Counted from the stretch's first letter, positions 39,398 through 50,192 are shown. The stretch is 64,000 bases of DNA from an uncultured Acidobacteriota bacterium (GCA_963851135.1 CAWKOB010000001.1:65940-129939); one strand, 5' to 3'. The notes: generated from the letters alone by a model not told the origin. Numbers and translations are program-made.

Positions 39398-42300
39398 TCA
39401 AAATACGAATTTTCCGCCAAGTTCCAGGACGCGCGGACTGAAATCCGATGTGGCCTGGCTGAAGTTGGGATCGTGATTGTTGGTGTCCAGGTTCTGAAAC
39501 TGCGTATGGTTGAACGTATTGAATGACTCGAAGCGCAGCTCCAGGTGCGGCCCTTCGTGCGAGGTCAGGGGGAACGTTTTGAACAGAGAAAGGTTCCAGT
39601 TGAACAGTCCCGGGCCAATCACGGCATCCTTCCCCGCGTCGCCAAATCCCTGGTTGGGCCCGCCCGCCCACGGCGCCACCGGGTCAGCGAACGAACTCGC
39701 CGAAAACCACTGGCCCGCTTTCTTGGGATAGGTCACTTTGGAGACAAGGTTCGGCCGATCTGTGGTGCCGCCGCCGAGCCCCAGCACGTCAGGGCCCGAG
39801 TAGTAGACGTACGTTGGCGATCCGGACTCGACCTCCGTGATTCCAGAGATCGACCAACCGCCTACGGTTTCCCGCTCGGCCAGGTTTCCTGTTTTCGCGA
39901 AGAACGGCAAGGCATAAACGTAGCTCGCGTTGAAGATGTGCCTGCGATCGAACCCCTGCCCGCCGCCGGTCCCCGCGTCGGATCCGCGATCGTAGCCGGG
40001 ATCGAACGGATCGGAAAGCCCGGCCAGGTCGTTCCCCACAATGTCGATCATGTGCGACCACGTATACGCCAGTTGCGTGGTCAGCCCGTGACGGTTGTCG
40101 GCCCGCAACCCAACCTGAAGCGAGTTGTAGTTGAAGTTGGTTTCGTTCTCCTCTTGTGTGACCGAGCTGTACCCCGGATATATCCGGTACAGGTTGGACA
40201 GCACCGTGCCGTTGGCCACGCCTTGCCTGTGGGTCACATCGCTCAGCGGCAGCGTGTTGATGGCACGGTCATCGTTCTGGTCCCATCCATCCGATCCCAC
40301 GTACTGCACCACCGCGACCACTGATGAGGCCAACTGGTGTTGGATGCCAAGGCTGTAATTCTCCGTTCCCGGAGGTGGATAGTTGTACTTCATCGTGAAC
40401 ATGGTCGATGGGAACGACTGTTTCGTGGTCGCGCCCGTCAGCGCGCTCGTGAACGGATTGGAGAAGTAGACGCTGGTTGCCGATGGCTGATATGCAAACG
40501 GAGGATTCAGCGCCGCGTTATACACATCGTTGCCCTGCACCCGTTCGTAGAACACGCCGTATCCGCCGCGCAAGACTGTCGTCCCGCGCCCGGTCAGGTC
40601 CCAGGCAAAGCCGAGCCGTGGCTCCCAGGTGAAATAGCGGTTCTGCACGTTGCCGCGCGGGAAGCCGTCCGTTCCCGCCTCGCGCATGCCATTCAAGTAG
40701 AACGGCTCGCCGTTGAACGTCGTCAGGGTCGACGGGTTCAGCGTTCCGTCCGGGTTCAATGGATACGGCAGCGTCGTGTCGTAGTCTGCCGGCACAAAGT
40801 TGGCAAACTGGTTGTATCGCTCAAACGCGTGCGGCAGGCCGTCGTAGCGAAGGCCTAGATTCAAGGTCAGCCGCGTCGTAATGTGCCAGTTGTCGTTGCC
40901 GTAGCCGAAGTAGTTGTTGTTCACCCAGTGCTTGCCTGCCAGGAGTTGCAGCTGCGTGAAGCTAGTAGCGTCGCCGAGCAGGAAGTTGATATACGAATCG
41001 CCGGAGAAGGCGCTCGAGTTGAACACCGCTGTTCCCTGTGTATTGGCCTGCAACTGCTGGTTCTTGTAGTCATGCAGCCAGCCAGCGCCGAATTTGAACT
41101 GGTTCCTGCCTTTGGTCCACGAGATGTCATCGCGGTATTCGAATCCCTCGTAGCCGTTCTTCCACGGGAAGTAGTTTTCTGACCAGTTCGCGTTGAGCGG
41201 CGATCCCTGTAGATCGATTTCCGGCATATCCTTTCCGGCGTTATCGCCAACCGGGAAGAAAGTCGTCGCAGTCCAGTTTGAAGGCAGACCGAACGACGCC
41301 CCGCCCGGCCCCGAAACCGGCGTCAACGTAATCTTGTTGCCATCGTAAGTAAACGCCGTCTCGTTCAGCAGCGTGGGAGAATATGTCTGCGTCAGCTTGA
41401 TCGCCGTCACGTACGACGGGTTGCTCATCGCCGTGCCCACTGTCGGATACGTGCTATCGCTCCACAAGGCGGGGAAGAATGTGGGGTTCACCGCGTCGTG
41501 CACGTAGTGCCCCATTAGTTGCATCTTGCTATTGATGGCGTGGTCTATGCGCACAGCGTCTTCGCGCACATAAGTGGGCTGCGGGACCGACGAGATGTAC
41601 TGGCTTGTCCCGACATTCGGTTTGGGGAAGGTATTGGAGTTCACCTCTGTCACCGAGTTCGGATCCATCAAGTTTGCCGGAATCCGATACGTCCCGTCCG
41701 CATTTGTTGGGAAGGGAGCGCCCGCGGCCAACCCATCTGTGGCGTAGAGCGCGAGCTTGGCCGGATCGGTTGTTGCGGGCACCACCGGCGCAGCCCCACC
41801 CCCGAATGTCGTATAGGCCAGGTTCGCTCCCGCCGTGGGAAAATCGCTCGCAGGAATTGTGTTTGCCGTCGAGGGCGCGCTGCCCTGGATGAGCCTGCGC
41901 CACTCTTCATTCCAAAAGAAGAACGTCCGGTTGCGCTGCGTGTTGTAAACATGCGGAATGAACAGCGGCCCGCCGATGTTGCCGCCAGGCTCGTTCAGCA
42001 TAAACTCCGGCCGCGGATTGCCCGCCGCCTTGTTGAAGTAGTCGTTGGCGTTGTAATCGGTGTTGCGGTTGAACTCGTAGAGCTCGCCGTGAAACTTGCT
42101 GGTGCCGCTCTTCAACACCATCACAATGGTGCCACCCGACCCGATCCCGTAGTCGGGGCTGTAGTTCGAGTCAAGCGTCTGGAACTGCGCAATCGCGTCC
42201 TGGGCCGGAAGCACCATGTAACAACCGCCGCACCCGCGGTCGTTCAACTCGCCCCCGTCCAGTAGATAAACGTTATGCGTGCTTCGCGTCCCGTTGAAGC

Positions 42301-42880
42301 TTATGCCGCTGGCCGAGGTCAGCGCATCCACTCCGCCGAACGACGGAAGGTTGTTGCTCACCCCAAGCCCGAGCGCCGCAAGCTGCACCACGTTGCGCCC
42401 GTTGGTAGATAGCTGCTCCACCTGCCGGTCGTTGATCAACGTGCTCACCTCGCTGGTTTCCGACTGCACCTGCAGCGCGTTGGCCGCCACGGTGATCGAC
42501 TCAGCCTGGCTGCCTACCGTCAGTACAGCATTCTCCTCCAGCGTCTGGGCCACGTTCACAACAATGTTGTTCTTGGTGAACTTCTCAAATCCTTTATCCG
42601 TTACCGTGAGGGTGTAACTGCCGATGCCCACGTTGGCAAAGCTGTACGCGCCCACGCTGTTCGACGTGGTGGTGCGTAACTGGTGGGTCGCGTCGTTGGT
42701 CAGATTTACGGTTGCGCTGGGTACCACCGCCCCGCTCGGGTCCGTCACGGTTCCGTTCACGGTGGCGTTTTCCTGGCTGTGGATCAGGGGCATTGCGCAA
42801 AGAAAGAGGGCCAGGGATAGGAAGGAGAGGATGGATGAAAGGGGGATTCTGACACGTATGCCGAAGCACCGTATGGACAT
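39398..42880 (-). CDS. TonB-dependent receptor (Oar-like, N-terminal carboxypeptidase-regulatory-like domain)
   Basis: GTVTDPSGAVVP, KSGTSKFHG, LTLNLGLRYD, PRLGFAWD, C-terminal Phe; GGAGG RBS before ATG 42880. Confidence 0.93.
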   Translation of the reverse strand: MSIRCFGIRVRIPLSSILSFLSLALFLCAMPLIHSQENATVNGTVTDPSGAVVPSATVNLTNDATHQLRTTTSNSVGAYSFANVGIGSYTLTVTDKGFEKFTKNNIVVNVAQTLEENAVLTVGSQAESITVAANALQVQSETSEVSTLINDRQVEQLSTNGRNVVQLAALGLGVSNNLPSFGGVDALTSASGISFNGTRSTHNVYLLDGGELNDRGCGGCYMVLPAQDAIAQFQTLDSNYSPDYGIGSGGTIVMVLKSGTSKFHGELYEFNRNTDYNANDYFNKAAGNPRPEFMLNEPGGNIGGPLFIPHVYNTQRNRTFFFWNEEWRRLIQGSAPSTANTIPASDFPTAGANLAYTTFGGGAAPVVPATTDPAKLALYATDGLAAGAPFPTNADGTYRIPANLMDPNSVTEVNSNTFPKPNVGTSQYISSVPQPTYVREDAVRIDHAINSKMQLMGHYVHDAVNPTFFPALWSDSTYPTVGTAMSNPSYVTAIKLTQTYSPTLLNETAFTYDGNKITLTPVSGPGGASFGLPSNWTATTFFPVGDNAGKDMPEIDLQGSPLNANWSENYFPWKNGYEGFEYRDDISWTKGRNQFKFGAGWLHDYKNQQLQANTQGTAVFNSSAFSGDSYINFLLGDATSFTQLQLLAGKHWVNNNYFGYGNDNWHITTRLTLNLGLRYDGLPHAFERYNQFANFVPADYDTTLPYPLNPDGTLNPSTLTTFNGEPFYLNGMREAGTDGFPRGNVQNRYFTWEPRLGFAWDLTGRGTTVLRGGYGVFYERVQGNDVYNAALNPPFAYQPSATSVYFSNPFTSALTGATTKQSFPSTMFTMKYNYPPPGTENYSLGIQHQLASSVVAVVQYVGSDGWDQNDDRAINTLPLSDVTHRQGVANGTVLSNLYRIYPGYSSVTQEENETNFNYNSLQVGLRADNRHGLTTQLAYTWSHMIDIVGNDLAGLSDPFDPGYDRGSDAGTGGGQGFDRRHIFNASYVYALPFFAKTGNLAERETVGGWSISGITEVESGSPTYVYYSGPDVLGLGGGTTDRPNLVSKVTYPKKAGQWFSASSFADPVAPWAGGPNQGFGDAGKDAVIGPGLFNWNLSLFKTFPLTSHEGPHLELRFESFNTFNHTQFQNLDTNNHDPNFSQATSDFSPRVLELGGKFVF

Positions 42881-43236
42881 AGTAGACCTCCTGCAAGCGT
42901 TTACCAGGGCCTGACGGGTATTCTCCCGATTCCTTGCTGTCCGGGTTTCCCACCCGCGCCCTTCTATTTCGTTGTCAACGCGCCATCTCCACTCGCCGGT
43001 GGCGCCCCTTCGGCAGGCCCGCACGCCAGTTCGCCGGTCCTCTTATCAATTCCGGCTCTTATCTATCGCGGCGGACTTTCTTTCTTCAATCAGCGCATCA
43101 ATGAAGGTACCGCGAAACAATGATGCCATGGGGAGGCCAAACAAAAAGACTCCTCCGCAACAATCCGGATGCGTGCAGGGCAGGCCCGAGTTGTATCAAC
43201 GCGGAAATTCCGGCCCCTATCCGTCAGGTTGGGTCG

Positions 43237-46200
43237 TTAAGGACGTTTATTGAAATAGTGGTTTGGTTCACCCGGTGTGGAAATGCTGCCAGTGACTTGC
43301 GCCTCTTTCGGGTGCGCCAGCTTTAATGGTGCGGTTAGCGTGATGCCGGTTCCCGATACATCTGTTCCTGTCGCGTGCGCGCGAGCCAGCGGCGCACTAA
43401 CGTTGATGGTTCTGTCCCACAGGGTAACGAATGCGACAGTCGCCGTTTCAGCCTCCGCGCCGCTGCCAATGGTGATGGCCTGGCCGTCGGCAAAGCCTAA
43501 GGGGTTGACGATGTGGAGGACGGTCGTACCCGCGGTCGTGGCAGTGTCCATCGTGGTCGCGCCCGCCGTGCCCACCTTTGCAATCGCCGCCGTCTCCAAG
43601 TTAGCCCCCGCATCGATCCGGATCATTTCGCCAGGGCCAAAACCTTCAACGCTGGCCACTTTGATGTTGGCCGCGCCGGCGGCTGACGCCGACGAAAGTG
43701 TTGTCGAGGGCGCCGTCACAAAGTCCTCGCAATTGCTGTCCGTGTCTCGCCCGTCCGGGAACCGCCCAGCGCTGGTATTCGACCCGGCAACTGGAACAAA
43801 CGCCGCGAATGCACCCATCGCCGCGCCGGGCGCCTTCACGTAGCAGCCGCTCTTACCCACTCCGGATGCTGCCTGGTAGCCTTCGGCCGCCCATGGGTCG
43901 ACAAGCCCGCCGTAGTTGAGGCTGTCGACCACCAGTCCGGCGGCATCTCGTAGCACCATGCTGCCTTCTCGCAACGTGAAGGTGCGCCCAAACGACGGTG
44001 AACTGGTGGTGAGCTCAGGCCCGCCGAACCACTGGCTTGGCGCGGGCGTTCCCTGGTATCCAGCCGTGCTCACGGCGGCGTCGCGCACCACGGCGTTGAT
44101 GTCGTGTCCCTTTTGGAGCGGCGAATCCAGCACGATTCCGGTGCCGAGCGCCTGCACCGGCTCATCGCCGATATGCGCAAACGCGGTCGCCGGTTCAAAG
44201 CTGATCCCCGTCCCTCGATCGCTGAAAGGGAGATTGGCCGCATGATTGAATTCAAGCGGCGCGGCCAGATCGAGGCCAGCGCCCGGTTCCACGGCTCCTT
44301 CATCGTTGATGTGCGCCTGTTCGAGGGCCGGCGTGAATTCAATGCCGGAGCCGCGCGGACCGCTCGTCCCCACTGAAGTGATGGTAACGGTCTGCGGGTT
44401 CGCCGGCGTGCCGATGGTGACCTTGTCGCCGGCGTCAAATCCGCGCACATTGCGGACCTTGATGCTGGTCGCCCCGGCGTTGGCTTCCGCCGCAAGGTTC
44501 GTGCGTTTCGCTTCGGTGCCAACGTGCGTCACGGTTACGGTCTCAATGCCGTGCCCCACGCTGTCGATATCCAGCCGAATCTTGTCGCCGGCTGAAATAT
44601 CGGCGACAGACGTCACCTTGATGTTGGTCGCGCCGGTGGGCGCATCGGCCGCCAGGTAGGCCTGCGTGCCCGGCTTGCCCACCGCGGTGACCGTTGCAAT
44701 TTCAAATCGCTCCACGCCCGCCGGCTCTGTGGGATAGGTAGCGCCATATCCGAGAGCGATTTTCTGGCCAACCACAAAGCCGGCCGTGCTCGTGACCGGC
44801 ACATTGGTCGAGCCTGCGGGAATGGTGATCACCGGGCCGTCGGGCAAGGGCTGCCACACCGTGGTGTGATTGCTGGCCGCCGTCCCCACGCTCGCAATTT
44901 TCCGCATCTCAGCCCCGGAGCCGTCGCCGATGCTGACCGTGTCGCCCGGCTTCATGCCCGCCGTGCTTCTCACGTAGATCGTGGCATCGCCCGCCGGCGC
45001 GGCTGCGGCCAGTCCCGAGTCGGCGAGACCGAGCAGGTAGAAGCCATGCTCCGCAAGCTTTGTCCCCGCCTGAACCTTCACCGTGGAGAAGATGGCTTGC
45101 TGCGTCGGGTGAACAGTCAGGCTCCAATTGGAGATGTCCACGCTGCGGTCGCCTGCGTTGTACAGTTCGATGAACGAGTCCGTCGCATTGGTCGGAGGAC
45201 CGGAGCTGATGCGGAATTCGTTGATCTTGACCGGGCTCGCATTCCGCACTCTTTCGGCGATCGTTACGGATTGTCCCCGACCGCTCGTCTGGTTCTTCCA
45301 TTCAGCCTTGCCCAAAAGCTCGCCGTTAAGATCCGCCGCTCCTGCCGTCACCTTGAACGTCGCGCTCACGCTGGCGCCCGGCGCCACCGGGCCGGCGAAC
45401 TTTGTGCTGCCCTCAGCCGCGGCGTGCCAATGTTCCGGCGTCACAAGGTTCAGTCTCACGTCCGTCGCCGGCGTGCCCTCCGTGTTGGTAAACGTCACTA
45501 TGGTTTCCTGCGACGATCCCGGAGAGAAAGTCTGCATCCCCGGCGGAGTCGCCGCTTGCGCAGCGGGCGCCACGCTCACCGGCAACGCGCCGTAATCCGC
45601 CGCCACAATGTTGGCCTGCACCTGCTGGTCGGTGGCATCCGTGGGGAAAGTCCCCGCCGCCGTTACTGCGCCCTCGTAAAACGTTCCCTGGGACTGGTTG
45701 CTGTTGTCGCCGCCATTGCCGAGCAAAATTGCCCCTTGTTTTCGCATCGGATCGTAAGTGGCATTCACGCGCGGCCCGTTGAACATCACCCGCAGCTCGC
45801 CTCGTTGCGCATCGCCGCCCATTGAAGTCCAGTGGTGCGGTTCACCTTTTGCAATGGCGGTCACAAATCGCCACGTGATGTCTGGCAGCTTGCACTGCTT
45901 CGAACCATCCGGATTGACGCAACCTACCAGGTTATTCTCCTGGTCAGTCATGATCCATGGCCCCGGCATTGTCCCGTGATACCAGTAAGGCGCGTCGCCG
46001 AAATATGCCGTCTCCATGGTCCCGTTGTCGTCATCGCGGCTGTCGATCTCCGCATTGCCGTAGTCGAAGCAGCAGCCGGAATTGAAATGCCGTCCGTTGA
46101 TCACCCAGTACTGACCCTCGGCCTGGTCGTCCACCGCGGTGCCCTTCGGGTTGTCGTCGCGCAGGCCCATGCCCGGCTCAATAAACACGCCGTACACTTT

Positions 46201-46680
46201 GTGGCCCATGATCGTAACCGGCGCCATGCCGGCGACGGGCACGTTGTTGAACCCGCCCAGAGCGGGTCCGCTGAATCCCCCGCGTGGCGCCTGCGTCAAA
46301 TCGTTATGCTTGCCGGATTGGTCATAGATCTTCGTGATCCAGCAGATCGCGTCGGCGCAGAATGCGTCCTGCGCTGCCGCATCGGCATATCCGCCTCCAT
46401 CTGCCCCGCTGGGCTTCACCACCCCGATGTCCAGGCTCTTGCCGTCTGACTGCCGCACCACCTGGTAGAGCGGGCCGTCGTAGGACGCGTATAGCGCGCG
46501 CGTGGTGCTGTGCGCCGCCACGCACGGGTCTCCGGCCGCGGCGTAAATATCGCATGGCCCTTTGCCCCGAGCCGCAGCAGCGCCGGAAGCCGCCCCGGCA
46601 GGTTGTGCCATTATCAACGCAGCGCTAAAAAGCGAAAGCCCGATTGCCAGCATCAATGCACGTTCGATTCTCGTTCTCAT
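43237..46680 (-). CDS. GH54 alpha-L-arabinofuranosidase B catalytic domain + NEW3-like Ig domain + lamin-tail domain with inserted repeats
   Basis: GPCDIYAAAGDPCVAAHSTTRAL, CCFDYGNAE, GPWIMTDQEN, KQGAILLGNGGDNS, GTFYEG; KINEF...FIELYN...STPGEPN. Confidence 0.9.
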   Translation of the reverse strand: MRTRIERALMLAIGLSLFSAALIMAQPAGAASGAAAARGKGPCDIYAAAGDPCVAAHSTTRALYASYDGPLYQVVRQSDGKSLDIGVVKPSGADGGGYADAAAQDAFCADAICWITKIYDQSGKHNDLTQAPRGGFSGPALGGFNNVPVAGMAPVTIMGHKVYGVFIEPGMGLRDDNPKGTAVDDQAEGQYWVINGRHFNSGCCFDYGNAEIDSRDDDNGTMETAYFGDAPYWYHGTMPGPWIMTDQENNLVGCVNPDGSKQCKLPDITWRFVTAIAKGEPHHWTSMGGDAQRGELRVMFNGPRVNATYDPMRKQGAILLGNGGDNSNQSQGTFYEGAVTAAGTFPTDATDQQVQANIVAADYGALPVSVAPAAQAATPPGMQTFSPGSSQETIVTFTNTEGTPATDVRLNLVTPEHWHAAAEGSTKFAGPVAPGASVSATFKVTAGAADLNGELLGKAEWKNQTSGRGQSVTIAERVRNASPVKINEFRISSGPPTNATDSFIELYNAGDRSVDISNWSLTVHPTQQAIFSTVKVQAGTKLAEHGFYLLGLADSGLAAAAPAGDATIYVRSTAGMKPGDTVSIGDGSGAEMRKIASVGTAASNHTTVWQPLPDGPVITIPAGSTNVPVTSTAGFVVGQKIALGYGATYPTEPAGVERFEIATVTAVGKPGTQAYLAADAPTGATNIKVTSVADISAGDKIRLDIDSVGHGIETVTVTHVGTEAKRTNLAAEANAGATSIKVRNVRGFDAGDKVTIGTPANPQTVTITSVGTSGPRGSGIEFTPALEQAHINDEGAVEPGAGLDLAAPLEFNHAANLPFSDRGTGISFEPATAFAHIGDEPVQALGTGIVLDSPLQKGHDINAVVRDAAVSTAGYQGTPAPSQWFGGPELTTSSPSFGRTFTLREGSMVLRDAAGLVVDSLNYGGLVDPWAAEGYQAASGVGKSGCYVKAPGAAMGAFAAFVPVAGSNTSAGRFPDGRDTDSNCEDFVTAPSTTLSSASAAGAANIKVASVEGFGPGEMIRIDAGANLETAAIAKVGTAGATTMDTATTAGTTVLHIVNPLGFADGQAITIGSGAEAETATVAFVTLWDRTINVSAPLARAHATGTDVSGTGITLTAPLKLAHPKEAQVTGSISTPGEPNHYFNKRP

Positions 46681-46939
46681 TGCTTGTCCTGTCTGCGTTG
46701 TGGAATTGCGCGCTCTGAACCCGCACAGAAGAGTAAACGGTGTCATGGTGGATTGCCAATGCGGCTTTATAAACCCTCGCTGCGTATATAAGGTAGTGGC
46801 CCTGAGCAGCGGTGTGAGGACTGGATTCGCAACCTTGCCCCGCACTGCGAGCACACTTGAAGGTAACCACAGCCCGATTGCGGAAGCGGCCGGCGCGCGA
46901 ATATGATTCTCCTCCGAACCACAACCACGGGAGTCCCTG

Positions 46940-49504
46940 ATGCATCCTCGAGAACCAAAAGCTCTGCTGCTCTCCTCGCTTGTTCTGCTGTTCCTCACCC
47001 TTCCAGCATTTGGCGCCGATCCAAGCCTCGCCATGAAGGTCACGGCCAACGGCTACCTCGATGGGCGCGGCGTCAGCATCATGCTCTATGACGACGCGTT
47101 CAGTCCCGTTTTCTTCGATCAGAAAGACGCGGGCATGCAGATCATCCTGCACGGCAATCGCATTGCCACCAACGGCAGCCTGCGCCTACTGGCCACGCCG
47201 GAGCAGTGGGATGTGATTCCGACCATCAAGGCGCACAAGCCCGACAAGGAACACGACCGCCTCACCGCTGACCTTTCCTACCCCGGATACCACCTCGACT
47301 ACCACGTCATCGTTGGCGCCGAGCCCGGCGGAGTCCGCGTGAGCGTCAATCTCGACCAGCCGCTGCCCGAGAGCCTCGTCGGCCGCGCCGGCTACAACCT
47401 TGAATTCCTGCCTTCCCTTTACATGGACAAAGCGTACACCATCGACAACAAGGCTTTTGGCGTCATGCCCCGCTATCCCGAGGACAGGATGACCACCGCT
47501 CCGCCCAAACCGGACGATCCCAAACGTGTATGGTACGTGGAGCAGTGGCATAAAGCCGAGGGATACACCGAGCCGCTGCCCTTCGCCTCGGGCCAGAGCG
47601 TTACCCTCGCTGCCACTGACCCGCAGAACCGCATCACCGTTACTTCAGAGAGCGGGCCAATCGGGATGTTCGACGGCCGCGACAAGGCGCAGAACGGCTG
47701 GTACGTCCTCCGCACGCTGATCCCCGCAGGCAAGACCACCGACGCCATCGTCTGGCACATCCGGCCCAACTACATTCCGGACTGGACGCGCACGCCTGTC
47801 ATCGCCCACAGCCAGGCCGGCTATGCTTCGGACTTCCAGAAGATCGCCGTCCTCGAACTCGACCCGAACTTCGATGCGCCCAAAACGGCAAAGCTCCTCC
47901 GTCTTTCTGACGATGGCTCGTTCCAGCAAGTGTTTGAGGGGCCGGTCACGGCCTCCAAGCCGTGGCTGCGCTATGTCTATTCCAAATTCGATTTCTCCTC
48001 GGTCAAGGATCCCGGCCTCTACGCCATCGAGTACGCCGGCCAGCGCAGCGGCGTCTTCTCCATCGCACCGAATGTCTACGACCGCACTTGGCAGACGACG
48101 CTCGACGGTTTCCTTGCGGTGCAGATGGACCACGTCTCAGTGCGCGACGGCTACCACGAGTGGCACGGCGTGGCGCACATGGACGACGCGCGCCAGGCCC
48201 CGCCCAACACGCCGCACTTCGACGGCTACCGCATGGGCCCCGAAACCTATTCGCCGTACAAGCCCGGCGAACACATCCCCGGCCTGAACGTCGGCGGCTG
48301 GTTTGATGCCGGCGACTACGACAACGACGACTACGGCCAGTACGCCACCATCCAGAACTTATCGCTCACTTACAACACGTTTCATCCCAAGTGGGATGAG
48401 CTTACGGTTGACCAGAAGGCGCGCTCGGTGGAGATGCACAAGCCCGACGGCGTCCCCGACATTGTGCAGCAGGTGGAGCACGGCGTTCTGCAGCAGCTTG
48501 CCCAGGTAAAAGCCTTCGGGCATCCAATCGTGGGCATCCAGTCGGCCTGGCTCACCCAATACACCTTTGTCGGCGACGCAGCGTCGCAAAGCGACAATCT
48601 TCTCTTCGATCCGAAACTCTCCGCCGATGAGCGCAAGGGCGGATTCTCCGGCAATCCTGACGACCGCTGGGCCTGGACGGGCTATACGGCCTATAACCAA
48701 TACGGCGCGGCCGCATCGTTGGCCGCCGCATCCACGGTGTTGAAAGGATGGAACGACCCGCTTGCGAAGGAGTGCCTCGACGCCGCCGTCAAGCTCTGGA
48801 ACGACGAGAAAACGCACCCCGCTCCCAACCCCTTCCGTGGCGGCTTTGCCGCGCGCTTCGGCTCACCAGATTGGTCGGCGGCCCTCGAACTGATGATCGC
48901 CACCAATGGCGCCGAGCCGTACAAGCAGCGCGTCCAGGAGTTGTTTCCCGCGATGATCAAGAACATGACTTTCCGCGGCTGGACTGCGGTGCGGGCGCTG
49001 CCCTATCTCGACCCGATCTATAAGGCCCAATTCAAAACCGCGCTCGAGGCGTGGCTGCCGCAGTTCAACCAGCAACTGGATGCAACCCCGTTTGGCGTGC
49101 CTCCCGCGCGCGGCGACTGGGGCGGCTCGGAGCAGGTCGCGGACTTCGGCGCAGAGATGTACTTCCTGCACGAAGCGTTTCCCGATGTTGTCGGTCCGGA
49201 ATACACGCTGCGCGCCGCCAACTATCTGCTCGGCACCCACCCGGTTTCGAGCGAGTCTTACATTGCCGCCATTGGCACCGTGTCCCGGAAGCATACCTAC
49301 TCCAACAATCGCGGCGACTATTCGTACATCCCCGGTGCCATGATCCCCGGCTACGTCGTCATCAAACCGGATTTCCCGGAGTGCATCACCGGTTTCGGCA
49401 TGCTCTGGTTTGAGCATGAAACCACCGTCTCCGCCGGCAGCAGTTGGGTTCTCGCGGCCAACGCCGCGGACGCAATCGTCCGCGAAAAGGAGGCCGCGCG
49501 TTGA
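46940..49504 (+). CDS. Secreted glycoside hydrolase family 9-like protein with long N-terminal region
   Basis: Signal peptide; HSQAGY (CelD_N Ig-like), FDFSSVKDPG, GGWFDAGDY, NYLLGTHP. Confidence 0.8.
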   Translation: MHPREPKALLLSSLVLLFLTLPAFGADPSLAMKVTANGYLDGRGVSIMLYDDAFSPVFFDQKDAGMQIILHGNRIATNGSLRLLATPEQWDVIPTIKAHKPDKEHDRLTADLSYPGYHLDYHVIVGAEPGGVRVSVNLDQPLPESLVGRAGYNLEFLPSLYMDKAYTIDNKAFGVMPRYPEDRMTTAPPKPDDPKRVWYVEQWHKAEGYTEPLPFASGQSVTLAATDPQNRITVTSESGPIGMFDGRDKAQNGWYVLRTLIPAGKTTDAIVWHIRPNYIPDWTRTPVIAHSQAGYASDFQKIAVLELDPNFDAPKTAKLLRLSDDGSFQQVFEGPVTASKPWLRYVYSKFDFSSVKDPGLYAIEYAGQRSGVFSIAPNVYDRTWQTTLDGFLAVQMDHVSVRDGYHEWHGVAHMDDARQAPPNTPHFDGYRMGPETYSPYKPGEHIPGLNVGGWFDAGDYDNDDYGQYATIQNLSLTYNTFHPKWDELTVDQKARSVEMHKPDGVPDIVQQVEHGVLQQLAQVKAFGHPIVGIQSAWLTQYTFVGDAASQSDNLLFDPKLSADERKGGFSGNPDDRWAWTGYTAYNQYGAAASLAAASTVLKGWNDPLAKECLDAAVKLWNDEKTHPAPNPFRGGFAARFGSPDWSAALELMIATNGAEPYKQRVQELFPAMIKNMTFRGWTAVRALPYLDPIYKAQFKTALEAWLPQFNQQLDATPFGVPPARGDWGGSEQVADFGAEMYFLHEAFPDVVGPEYTLRAANYLLGTHPVSSESYIAAIGTVSRKHTYSNNRGDYSYIPGAMIPGYVVIKPDFPECITGFGMLWFEHETTVSAGSSWVLAANAADAIVREKEAAR

Positions 49505-49820
49505 AATGCGCGGCTGCGCCCTGGCGCTGACGCCGAGCCCAGGACAACCCCGCCGCTGCCGCGCGTCTCTCATCCCGTATGCGCGCCCTTCCTTGTTCGC
49601 CTTACGACTCTGTTTCGGCCGCGCGTTCCGGCCGCATGCCGGTTCCTCGGTTTCTCTCCCGGCGTCCGGGTCAGCTGGTTCAGGTCGCGCTCACCGGTGG
49701 CGCCGTACTCGCCATAGTGGGTGCGGCCGCCGCCTGCCGCTACAACCAGACCCTCGGCGCCAGCGCGGCTCCATGACACCGCGACATCCGCGCTCCATGT
49801 TCGTCTTAAACTAAGGGGGA

Positions 49821-49835
49821 TGGTAGACTCGGAAT
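49821..49835 (+). promoter_or_regulatory. Extended -10 promoter for a leaderless transcript
   Basis: TG-g-TAGACT, 6 nt, ATG 49836; no RBS between. Confidence 0.65.
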
Positions 49836-50192
49836 ATGAACGGCAGGCAATGGCGTCGGCACTTGCGGATCTCCGCGCTGGGTGCCTTGTTATGCGTGCT
49901 GGCTGCCGTATTTGCGGTTGAGGCCAAGGTGGCCTGGTACAGCCCCAACGGCCGCGTTCGCGTTGAGTTGAGCTCCACCAAGCTCCAGGCCGCCGACGCG
50001 TCCAGGCAAATCGGAAAAACGCTCACTGCGCCGGCTCCCTTCCCGCATTTCCCGGTGGAACTCTTCCTGTTTCTGTCATTTGCGGCTGTAGTGCCGGTCA
50101 TGTTTATCCCCAGGCTCGCCCTCATCCCCGCCGCGTCCGCCTGGCCTTCTTTTTCTCCCCCGCATTTCTTTCGGCCTCCTCCGCGCTGGTAA
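49836..50192 (+). CDS. Small membrane-targeted uORF ending FFRPPPRW; putative ribosome-arrest leader
   Basis: Basic N-terminus + hydrophobic segment, second hydrophobic segment, C-terminal RPPP; promoter directly upstream. Confidence 0.7.
   Translation: MNGRQWRRHLRISALGALLCVLAAVFAVEAKVAWYSPNGRVRVELSSTKLQAADASRQIGKTLTAPAPFPHFPVELFLFLSFAAVVPVMFIPRLALIPAASAWPSFSPPHFFRPPPRW

Noticed and set aside
38054-39400. tRNA-Phe as an integration site for an island
   Set aside because: No integrase and no duplicated tRNA 3' end was seen in the window.
49579-49776. 65-aa ORF with a hydrophobic stretch
   Set aside because: No RBS, promoter or recognisable motif; cannot be supported as a gene.
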